DNA of 64,000 bases from an uncultured Arcobacteraceae bacterium (GTDB lineage Bacteria > Campylobacterota > Campylobacteria > Campylobacterales > Arcobacteraceae): positions 342,435 through 406,434 of the forward strand of contig CAXHZO010000001.1 of NCBI GenBank assembly GCA_964022095.1, in the 5' to 3' direction. The stretch's first letter is position 1, and the number at the start of each line of letters is the position of its first letter. The translations under genes were made by a program, and so were the position numbers. A model generated the notes under the pieces. It ran no database searches and had not been told where the DNA came from. It saw nothing but the letters and a program-made list of their open reading frames with translations. Positions 9,729 through 17,765 of this stretch are shown here, in pieces.

Positions 9729-10336
9729 TATAAAGTAGCTTCTATCTTTTCTTTTAAATCTAAGATTAAATCTTTTTTAGCATAAAATGAGTTTTTATTA
9801 GATATTAATTGAGCACTACTTTCCATAATTGTAGGCCCTACTTCAAGACCGTTTTGTTTCATTGTTTCACCAGTTTCAACAATATCAATAATACAATCAG
9901 AAAGGCCAACTAAAGGTGCAAGTTCAATCGATCCATAAAGTTTAATAATCTCAACTGCCATTGCTTTTTGCTCAAAATATTTTTTAGCAATCTTCTCATG
10001 TTTTGTAGCAACAGTGATTTTACTTTTAGTCATATCAAGTTTTTCACCTTTTCTAAGACCAAAAGCAACTTTACATTTTCCTAATTGCAAATTTAAAAGT
10101 TTGATTAAGTCATACTCTTTTTCTTCAAGCACATCTTGTCCTACAACTCCTAGGTCTGCTGCTCCATGCATTACATATGTTGGTACATCTTGGTTTCTTA
10201 CATTTAAAAATCTAAAACCACTTTTTTCTAAAATTAGTTTTCTGTTTTCAAATACAAATTTTTCGCCAAAGGCTTTCTCAAATTTATCTAAAGTCTCTTC
10301 AGCGATTCTACCCTTTGGTAATGCAATCGTTAGCAT
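9728..10336 (-). CDS. hisG: ATP phosphoribosyltransferase (short form)
   Basis: LTIALPKGR, ADLGVVGQD, GSIELAPLVGLSDCIIDIVETGETM; no C-terminal regulatory domain. Confidence 0.96.
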   Translation of the reverse strand: MLTIALPKGRIAEETLDKFEKAFGEKFVFENRKLILEKSGFRFLNVRNQDVPTYVMHGAADLGVVGQDVLEEKEYDLIKLLNLQLGKCKVAFGLRKGEKLDMTKSKITVATKHEKIAKKYFEQKAMAVEIIKLYGSIELAPLVGLSDCIIDIVETGETMKQNGLEVGPTIMESSAQLISNKNSFYAKKDLILDLKEKIEATL

Positions 10337-10940
10337 CAATAATCCTTTTCATGTTCTCAAATATTAAATCTTTTTTATATATACTATTTTTAAAATACTT
10401 ATTTAACATCTTTCCATCACCACCGGTGAAGATAATATTTCTATTTTCACTCACTTCTTTTATAGGTAAAATGATAGATTTCATTATGGCGTATGTAATA
10501 GCATCTTTTGTTTGAAGCGGTATTTTATCTAAATTTATTTTTTTTTCAAAATCAAATTTTAGTTTTTTTGAGATTTTTGGATAAGTTTTCATAAATGCCC
10601 TAAATCCAGGCAATATAAACCCACCTTTGTGTTTTGAATTTTCCATAATATCAACAGTAATTGCACTTCCAGCATCAACTATCACTGCATCTTTTTCAAA
10701 ATAACTCCCTATTGCTCTATCTATTCCAAGCCCTACGTATTTTGTTTTAAAATCCATTAGTTTTTTAATATTTTTTGCTTGGGGATTAATTTGTTTTAAT
10801 TTTTTTGATGCAGTTTTATTTACTGATACAAAATATAAGTCATCTTCAAACTTTGGCAATTTTTCATCTAAAAAATATACTTTATGTTTTCCATTTATAA
10901 AAAAGTGGTAAGTACTATTACCAATATCACATAAAATCAA
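10308..10940 (-). CDS. coaX: Type III pantothenate kinase
   Basis: DIGNS, LGIDR, VDAGSAITVD, GGFILPG, FTGGDG. Confidence 0.93.
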   Translation of the reverse strand: MILCDIGNSTYHFFINGKHKVYFLDEKLPKFEDDLYFVSVNKTASKKLKQINPQAKNIKKLMDFKTKYVGLGIDRAIGSYFEKDAVIVDAGSAITVDIMENSKHKGGFILPGFRAFMKTYPKISKKLKFDFEKKINLDKIPLQTKDAITYAIMKSIILPIKEVSENRNIIFTGGDGKMLNKYFKNSIYKKDLIFENMKRIIDANDCITKG

Positions 10941-11259
10941 CTCTTACACTCCAACCATTTTCTTTTAAAAATGCTTTTGCTTTACTACACAGTGGACTTG
11001 AAACTAGTAACTCTTTTTTCTTAAAATTATGATCTTCAAAATCTGCTAATTTTCCACAAAGTTCTATTAAATCATTAGCATTTTTTCTAATAAATCTACT
11101 TTTAGCATCAACTATAAAAATTGCATAGTAGTTCTTTTCTATACTAGTAGCACTATAAATACCTATTTTTTTTCTACTTCCCAATTCTTTTGGTGTAACT
11201 TCTTTAATATCTTTAAATAATATATTTTTATCATTAAAATATTTTGTTAAATCTTTCAA
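10927..11259 (-). CDS. Hypothetical protein, first gene of coaX-hisG-methyltransferase unit
   Basis: 110-aa ORF, TTG start with AAGGA RBS, overlaps coaX start. Confidence 0.8.
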   Translation of the reverse strand: MKDLTKYFNDKNILFKDIKEVTPKELGSRKKIGIYSATSIEKNYYAIFIVDAKSRFIRKNANDLIELCGKLADFEDHNFKKKELLVSSPLCSKAKAFLKENGWSVRVDFM

Positions 11260-11299
11260 AACTTTCCTTTATTAATCGCAATTATAACTAAATTAGACT

Positions 11300-11320
11300 T
11301 TTTCATAGATTCAATGAAAA
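11300..11320. promoter_or_regulatory. Inverted repeat, LysR-type (T-N11-A) candidate site
   Basis: TTTTCAT-agattca-ATGAAAA upstream of TATAAT (11349-11354) serving the exporter pair. Confidence 0.35.
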
Positions 11321-11385
11321 TATCATAAGTTTGACACACTTATTTAGATATAATAATATTAAATTAATATAAATAATAAAGTAAA

Positions 11386-12159
11386 ATGCAAGAAATAACC
11401 TACAAAGAACAATCAAAAATAACAAGATCAATAATCAAAGCAGCAGTACTTATGTTAGAGTTTGGTGCAGAAAGTATACTAATAGAGCAAACTGCCCAAA
11501 GATTAGGGAAAGCCTTAGGAGTTGATTCTGTTGAAGTATCTTTAATTCCATCAGCAATAGTTTTAACTACACTTTATGATGGACAATCAGCAACTACAAC
11601 TAGAAGTGTTCACCATAAACCAATTAACATGTCAATAGTTTGTGATGTACAACAAATGGTAATTGAAGTAGAAAAAAATAAATATGATTCATCATGGGTT
11701 ACAACTCACATGAAAGAGATTCAACCAAACTATTATAATAGATGGATTGTAATACTTATGGTAGGACTTGCTTGTGCATCATTTTCTTATCTTTATGGAG
11801 CTGATATTTGGGCATTTGCCATCACTTTTATAAGTGCTTGTATTGCAATGTTTATTAGACAAGAACTTACAAAAAAAAGATTTATGATGATTATTACCTT
11901 TGGGATAACTGCATTTATAGCAACCCTACTTTCTAGTATATCTTTACTTTTTAATTTAACTTCAACACCTAATGTAGTTTTTGCAGCAAGTGTACTTTTA
12001 CTTGTTCCTGGATTTCCCTTTGTAACATCATTTTTAGATGGATTCAAAGGTTATTTAAGTATGGCTTGGGGAAGATGGCTTCAAGCTTCACTTCTTACTA
12101 TCGCTACTTGTATGGGTATCGTTTTAGCCCTTTCTGTATTAAATATAAAAGGGTGGTAA
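11386..12159 (+). CDS. ThrE/YjjP family threonine/serine (or succinate) exporter, subunit 1
   Basis: MLEFGAES..IEQ, INMSIV, ASVLLLVPGFP; multiple TM helices. Confidence 0.88.
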   Translation: MQEITYKEQSKITRSIIKAAVLMLEFGAESILIEQTAQRLGKALGVDSVEVSLIPSAIVLTTLYDGQSATTTRSVHHKPINMSIVCDVQQMVIEVEKNKYDSSWVTTHMKEIQPNYYNRWIVILMVGLACASFSYLYGADIWAFAITFISACIAMFIRQELTKKRFMMIITFGITAFIATLLSSISLLFNLTSTPNVVFAASVLLLVPGFPFVTSFLDGFKGYLSMAWGRWLQASLLTIATCMGIVLALSVLNIKGW

Positions 12160-12623
12160 TGAGTATTTTAGATATTTTTATAAATTCAATGTTTGCTTCA
12201 ATTGCATCAACTGGATTTGCAATGCTTTTTAATGTACCAAAACATGCTTTAGGATTTTGTGCATTTGGTGGAGCTATTACTTATCTTATAAAAGATACAG
12301 GAATGGATTTTGGATTATCAATTGAACTTTCAACTTTTATTGCTTCAACTTTTATTGGTATTATTGCTTTAAGATGGTCAAAAAAGTTTTTAATTCCAAG
12401 ACCAGTTTATACTGTTGCATCAATTATTCCTATGATACCTGGAACTTATGCCTTTACAGCAATGATAACTTTAGTTGATATGAACTCACATGGAGTAACA
12501 CCTGAATTAATTACAATCTTTGTAGAAAATGCATTAAAAGCTATATCAATTTTAGGAGCAATTAGTTTTGGTTTGGCCTTAACTTCATTATATTATTTAA
12601 GATTAAACAGGCCAGTTATTTAA
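12159..12623 (+). CDS. ThrE_2/YjjB family exporter, subunit 2
   Basis: GFAMLFNVP, IIPMIPG; ATG at 12159 overlaps the upstream stop (TAATG). Confidence 0.88.
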   Translation: MSILDIFINSMFASIASTGFAMLFNVPKHALGFCAFGGAITYLIKDTGMDFGLSIELSTFIASTFIGIIALRWSKKFLIPRPVYTVASIIPMIPGTYAFTAMITLVDMNSHGVTPELITIFVENALKAISILGAISFGLALTSLYYLRLNRPVI

Positions 12624-12625
12624 AT

Positions 12626-13582
12626 CTAGTCTGATTTAACAAGAAAATAAAGCCCAGTAAAAGTAACTGCGATTCCAATAATTCCTATACTATTTGGGAA
12701 TAATCCACTTAAAAATATTACTTCAGCAAAAAGAGTAAATATTACTTCTAAAGATTGTGCAGAATCAACAACCATAATCTTTGTTGAAGTATTTGCTTTA
12801 TTTCTTGCATATAAAAAAAGTGAAGTTGCAAAAACCCCTGAAAATAAAGAAATTATTGCAATATTAGATACTTGATAAACAGTAACAGGAGCTTTTTCAG
12901 CAAAGAAAAAAAGTACAATCCATAAAGGAGTACTTCCAAGTACTAATAAAAAAGCTTTTACTAAGCCATTATTTAAAATATCAAGATTTTCGCCTTTTTC
13001 AATTCGTTTTTTCTTCTTTTCCCAAACTAATTGATTACCAAAAGGATAACAAAAAGCAGCTATTAAAACAGGGAAAAAGCCTAATATAAAAGCGTCTAAA
13101 TTATCAAAATCAAAGTGACTAAAGTTTACCAATGTAACCCCAGAAAAAATTAAAACACTATAAATCCAAATTTTCTTACTTAGTTTTTGTCCAAATATCC
13201 ATAAAACAAAAAGTGAGCAGATAATAGTGATTTGCCAAGTTGTGGCAATAATCCATCCAGGAGAGTAATCAGCTGAGTAGCAAAGTAAAAAATAGAAAAA
13301 ACCAAAACCAATAGTTCCAGCAATAAGCCAAAACTTTAAATTTGAGAAGAATTCATTTATAACAGATTTATAATATTTGAAACCATTAAATACAATAATA
13401 AAAATACTTAAAAAAAGAACGGTAAAAACATATCTAATACTAGCAGCCCAATACCAAGAGATTCCATCTAAAGAGTTAGCTCTATTTAATGCAAAAGTAA
13501 AACTAAAAAAAAGTGCTGCTAAAATCCCAACAAAAAGTAAGAAAACTGTATTTTGATTATATTTTTCTAAAAATAGTTTCAT
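12626..13582 (-). CDS. DMT-superfamily putative multidrug efflux transporter (YjlA-like)
   Basis: GILAALFFSFTF, GTIGFGFFY, PGWIIATTWQITI, SGVFATSLF; about 10 TM segments. Start uncertain (13582 or 13603). Confidence 0.8.
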   Translation of the reverse strand: MKLFLEKYNQNTVFLLFVGILAALFFSFTFALNRANSLDGISWYWAASIRYVFTVLFLSIFIIVFNGFKYYKSVINEFFSNLKFWLIAGTIGFGFFYFLLCYSADYSPGWIIATTWQITIICSLFVLWIFGQKLSKKIWIYSVLIFSGVTLVNFSHFDFDNLDAFILGFFPVLIAAFCYPFGNQLVWEKKKKRIEKGENLDILNNGLVKAFLLVLGSTPLWIVLFFFAEKAPVTVYQVSNIAIISLFSGVFATSLFLYARNKANTSTKIMVVDSAQSLEVIFTLFAEVIFLSGLFPNSIGIIGIAVTFTGLYFLVKSD

Positions 13583-13659
13583 GAATGATTCCTTTGGGCG
13601 CAATTATAATTAAAAAGTATTAATATTATTTAAAGTAAAGAGTAAAGAGTTTTATACAC

Positions 13660-13727
13660 TAGTGAACAGGCATACATTTGAAGTATTGACAAGGAGTTGG
13701 GTTGTAGGAAAGTATACCTGCTCACTA
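13660..13727 (-). ncRNA. Candidate structured small RNA/leader: 16-bp stem with 36-nt CU-rich loop
   Basis: Minus strand TAGTGAGCAGGTATAC pairs with GTATGCCTGTTCACTA (two G-U pairs; these are mismatches on the plus strand); loop TTTCCTACAACCCAACTCCTTGTCAATACTTCAAAT. Confidence 0.55.
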
Positions 13728-13738
13728 ATATATAATCT

Positions 13739-13760
13739 AAAAAAGGCCGAAGCCTTTTTT
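13739..13760 (-). terminator. Intrinsic terminator of porin gene
   Basis: Minus strand AAAAAAGGC-ttcg-GCCTTTTTT. Confidence 0.85.
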
Positions 13761-13765
13761 ATTGA

Positions 13766-14929
13766 TTAGAATTTATATGAAACATATAATCTTGATCTAT
13801 AACTTTCAGTATCAATATTATCGTAAGTCGCTAATACAAATTTTGTAGATAAGTTCTCATTAAATTTGTAATTTGCAATATAATCTGTTTCAGATTTTCT
13901 TTCATCACTTCCTGTTTTCCATGCTGCATATATTAAGTTTAATGATAAATCACTATTAACTGCATATCCAGCAGATAATTTATACGCATCAGTGTCAGCA
14001 GAATAAACTCCACCATAAATATCAGACCATGTGTAAAGGTAATCTGCACCATTCCCTAATCCTGCAACTACATCACCTTCATCATCAATTGTAGAGTATG
14101 CTGCACCTAAAGATAATGCATCAAAATTAGCTGTTAAATTAACTGCATATGCTTTACCATCAGAGTCAGTAGCTTCACCATTATCAGTTTGGAATGTTTG
14201 TGCTTCAATAGTAAATGGATTTAAGTTATAAGCTGCTGCTGCATAAAATGCTTTTACATCATCACCAGTTGATGACATCTCATTAATTTGTGCATATTGA
14301 GCTTCTAAAGTTAAATTTTCAACAGAGTTATTTTTAACATATAATGTATATGCTCCATCTGCAACTTGCTCAAATCCAGATACTGCTTTTACATCACTTC
14401 CACCAGAAGCTACATCAGTTCTATATTGATATTTGTCAACATATGCTGCAACTAATGTTGTATTTGGTAAATCAGTATTAGCTAAAACAACACCCTCAAA
14501 AGATTCTCTAAAAATTCTAGAACCAGATCCAGCTACTAATGGAGTAGAAATAAATTGTCTACCAACTTTAACAGATGTATTACCAGTAGCGTATCCTAAA
14601 TATACTTGAGATGCAACAGCACCTGAAACATTTTGGTCACTATTGTATGCAGTTGGTGCATCATCTAAATCATCAGCAGTTACAGTTGCTGCTTGAAAAG
14701 TTACTCCTGCATTAAAACCATAAAATGAACCAGTTTCATAAGATAAGTTTCCACCATTAGTCCAAATACTTACTTTTTTATCTGATACTTCTTTTTGGAA
14801 ATATTGAGATTTAATCTCTCCACTTACTTTACCTTCTGCAAATGCTTCTGATAAAGTATCTGCACTGAACGCTTGAGTTGAGATTAGAGCTAATGTAGCT
14901 ACTAAACTTAATTTTTTGATTTTTTTCAT
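13766..14929 (-). CDS. Outer-membrane porin, OprD/Campylobacterota MOMP-like family
   Basis: Signal peptide, ADTLSEAFAEGKVSG, VKVGRQFISTPL, terminal RLYVSYKF beta-signal. Confidence 0.88.
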   Translation of the reverse strand: MKKIKKLSLVATLALISTQAFSADTLSEAFAEGKVSGEIKSQYFQKEVSDKKVSIWTNGGNLSYETGSFYGFNAGVTFQAATVTADDLDDAPTAYNSDQNVSGAVASQVYLGYATGNTSVKVGRQFISTPLVAGSGSRIFRESFEGVVLANTDLPNTTLVAAYVDKYQYRTDVASGGSDVKAVSGFEQVADGAYTLYVKNNSVENLTLEAQYAQINEMSSTGDDVKAFYAAAAYNLNPFTIEAQTFQTDNGEATDSDGKAYAVNLTANFDALSLGAAYSTIDDEGDVVAGLGNGADYLYTWSDIYGGVYSADTDAYKLSAGYAVNSDLSLNLIYAAWKTGSDERKSETDYIANYKFNENLSTKFVLATYDNIDTESYRSRLYVSYKF

Positions 14930-15105
14930 GTTTATCCTTTTTTTACAAATGACAAAAACAATTAAAGAAATTTATACTTAATTGTTTCAACAAAACTTTC
15001 CTAATATTCACTGGTCAATAGGCATAACTGTTTTAATATTTGGGAGAACAAATGATTTTATAGCATGCTTCTCCTACTCACCAATAAATACTTCTCTTTT
15101 TTAAT

Positions 15106-16803
15106 CTATTTTTTTTCAAATATCCTTCGTTCAAATAAAGCATCCATATCATCATGGATTTTTGAGTCTTTATCTAAAAAGATTAATTTATCTTTATTTA
15201 ACTGTTTTACATTTTTTAAACCCATAACTGCTAATAAACTTTTCATACTTTTTAGCAAATTATTATGGTAATTTTTTATATAATCAGAGTGTTTTTTTAC
15301 AAAATAGTGCTTTCTCTTTTTTATATCTTGTGTTGCAAGACCAACTGGGCATTGATGCTTTGTAGAACCAGAGCAGTATCTTGCTCTAATACACCCTGCA
15401 CTCATCATAAAACCTCTAGCAATTTGTACAAAATCAGCACCTAAACTTAAAATAATTACAATATCATCAGGCGTCAAAATTTTACCACTTGCACTTATTT
15501 TCACTAAATCTCTAATCTCATAATCTTTTAATACTTTATCAACTAAATAAACAGCATCTCTAATATCCATACCAATTCTTTCCATCATATCAAGTGGAGC
15601 TGTAGCACTTCCACCACTACCTCCATCTATAGATATATAATCAGGATAAGGTAAGTTCAAGGTTGCTCTTCTTTTTATCTCTTTTGCAATAGGAACAATA
15701 TTGTCATAATCTGATATAACTATTTTAATGCCAACTGGTTTTTTTGATTCCTCTTGTAATGTTCCAATAAAATCAAATAACTCTTCTAAACTGTTTGCAT
15801 ATGGAAACCTGTTTGGAGAAAATGCATCTTTGTATGCTTCAATATTTCTATAATATGCAATTGATGGTGTTACTTTTTTTGCAATTAACTTTCCACCTGT
15901 TTGTTTTGCACCTTGAGCAATTTTTATTTCTGTCATTTTACAAAAGCTCATTTGTTTTTTATATCTTTGAATATCAAACTTACCATCTTTAGTTCTTACA
16001 CCATAAAAACCTGAACTTATTTGTAAAATAATATCAGGCATATCAGCAGGAACTTCTTTAGGGAAAGCCTCAATTGGTGCATCCCAGTTTGGTCTATAAA
16101 AACATTCATTTTGCTTATTAAAGACATATGTATCTGCTAAAGGATCTTTTCTAAATACTAGTTTTCTATAAAAATCAACTGCAACTGGAAAGTTAAAGAA
16201 AAACTTTGAAAGAGCAAAAACTTTTTGTTCAAATTTATTTCCTTTTACTTGCGTTATATATGCTTTATCATAATCATTATGTGTAACGAAAAAGTTTGAA
16301 GTTAATCCACCTTCTCCACTATTTATAGGAAATTTAGCCATTTGTGAGCCTTGAACAAATGCTCTTGTTCCTTCTGGGGAAATAGACCCATCACTCATAG
16401 GAGCTCTAGCTATTATTGAAGATGTTACAAAAGGTTTTTCTCTATCTTGTCCAAATACAATTGAAAAATCATTTTCTACTTCATCATCATTTAAAACAAT
16501 ATTTGTATGTCTTAACATAAATTTTGGTTTAGGAAGAGGTTGGCCAGGAGAGAAAGATGAAAAATTTACTTTATCCCTTGATGCACTATAAACCCAATCA
16601 AGTTTATCCATTGATTCATAGAATTTTTCATCACCAAAGTATTGTCTAAAAGGTTCTCTAAACTCTTGAAAAACAAATCTTAATCTTCCAATAATTGGAT
16701 AATTAACTAAAATTTGATGCTTTCTTTGAACATACTTATCATGTACATACCAAGCAACCATCACAATTATAAAAAATAAGAATACAAATATCCCAGCTGT
16801 CAT
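15106..16803 (-). CDS. Membrane-anchored FMN-binding glutamate synthase family protein
   Basis: N-terminal TM, NYPIIGRLR, NSGEGG, EIKIAQGAK, KPVGIK, IDGGSGGSATAP, ARGFMMSAGC...CPVGLATQD. Confidence 0.88.
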   Translation of the reverse strand: MTAGIFVFLFFIIVMVAWYVHDKYVQRKHQILVNYPIIGRLRFVFQEFREPFRQYFGDEKFYESMDKLDWVYSASRDKVNFSSFSPGQPLPKPKFMLRHTNIVLNDDEVENDFSIVFGQDREKPFVTSSIIARAPMSDGSISPEGTRAFVQGSQMAKFPINSGEGGLTSNFFVTHNDYDKAYITQVKGNKFEQKVFALSKFFFNFPVAVDFYRKLVFRKDPLADTYVFNKQNECFYRPNWDAPIEAFPKEVPADMPDIILQISSGFYGVRTKDGKFDIQRYKKQMSFCKMTEIKIAQGAKQTGGKLIAKKVTPSIAYYRNIEAYKDAFSPNRFPYANSLEELFDFIGTLQEESKKPVGIKIVISDYDNIVPIAKEIKRRATLNLPYPDYISIDGGSGGSATAPLDMMERIGMDIRDAVYLVDKVLKDYEIRDLVKISASGKILTPDDIVIILSLGADFVQIARGFMMSAGCIRARYCSGSTKHQCPVGLATQDIKKRKHYFVKKHSDYIKNYHNNLLKSMKSLLAVMGLKNVKQLNKDKLIFLDKDSKIHDDMDALFERRIFEKK

Positions 16804-16865
16804 TTTTAATCCTAGTTTATTTTATATAAAATCATATCAATAAAAAGTGTCTAAAAAGTAGTCAT

Positions 16866-17732
16866 TTAAAAACTATTAATTAAACCTGCAATTACGACAC
16901 AAAAAAGACCTACTATATAAGCTGTTTGAAGAGGTTCATTAAAAAACATGATCAAGTAAACAGCTGATATAATGGGCGTTAAAAATATAAATGGTGCTAA
17001 AAAAGATGCTTGAGTTAACCTCAATGCATTTATCCAAAATAGATATGAAAACCCATTAATTAAAACACCATTTAATACTACTGGTAAAAGTTCATTTGTT
17101 GTTGGTAATAAAAAAGAAGAAAAGTAGTTCATTGAAAAAAATGAAGCCACTGTAGCACTTAAAAAATATATACTAATTGCACTAATTGGTTCATACTTAA
17201 CTTTTTTTCCTAAAATAGAAAAAAGAGCAAAAGAGCTTGCACCTAAAAATACTAAAAAGATTACATAAGGATTATCTAAATAAACTTTAGAAAAATCACC
17301 TTTTGTTAAAACAAAAATTACACCAATAAAACCAATAATAATTGATAATACTTTTTGTAAAGTTAATTTCTCATTTAAAACTAATAAAGATAAAAAAACT
17401 ATAGATATAGGCCATGTATATTGTATAACTAAAACCTCTAAACCTTTAGCTTCTTTATATCCTAAATACAAAAAAAGATAGTATATATATGTTCCAAGTA
17501 AACCTAAAACAATTAATATAAGCCAATCTTTTAGTTTGTACTGTTTAAAAATTGCTATTTTCTTTTTTATTAATGCTGTACTAAACAAGCAAATAAACGA
17601 TATCAAACTAGACCAAAACAAAAATTGATGATTATCCATATTTACTTGTGCAAGTTTTGCAACTACAGGAATCATAGCCCATAAAATCACACAAATAAAT
17701 ACTAATAAAATTGCTTTTGTTCTATTTGACAA
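16866..17732 (-). CDS. EamA/DMT family transporter
   Basis: Two EamA-like halves, IQYTWP, LNEKLT, about 10 TM segments. Confidence 0.88.
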   Translation of the reverse strand: MSNRTKAILLVFICVILWAMIPVVAKLAQVNMDNHQFLFWSSLISFICLFSTALIKKKIAIFKQYKLKDWLILIVLGLLGTYIYYLFLYLGYKEAKGLEVLVIQYTWPISIVFLSLLVLNEKLTLQKVLSIIIGFIGVIFVLTKGDFSKVYLDNPYVIFLVFLGASSFALFSILGKKVKYEPISAISIYFLSATVASFFSMNYFSSFLLPTTNELLPVVLNGVLINGFSYLFWINALRLTQASFLAPFIFLTPIISAVYLIMFFNEPLQTAYIVGLFCVVIAGLINSF

Positions 17733-17765
17733 AAAACTACCTTTAAAATAAGAAGTTAAACCTTC

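Noticed and set aside
10538-10546. T9 homopolymer within coaX
   Set aside because: Frame intact; A/T runs are common at this base composition.
12066-12158. N-terminal extensions in the ORF track (also 25973-26017, 29542-29592, 48215-48259)
   Set aside because: Downstream ATGs with better RBS or stop-start coupling fit the protein families.
15058-15076. Minus-strand AGGAG plus ATG CTA TAA minigene upstream of the porin
   Set aside because: Two codons only and overlaps the predicted -10 element; cannot be distinguished from chance.
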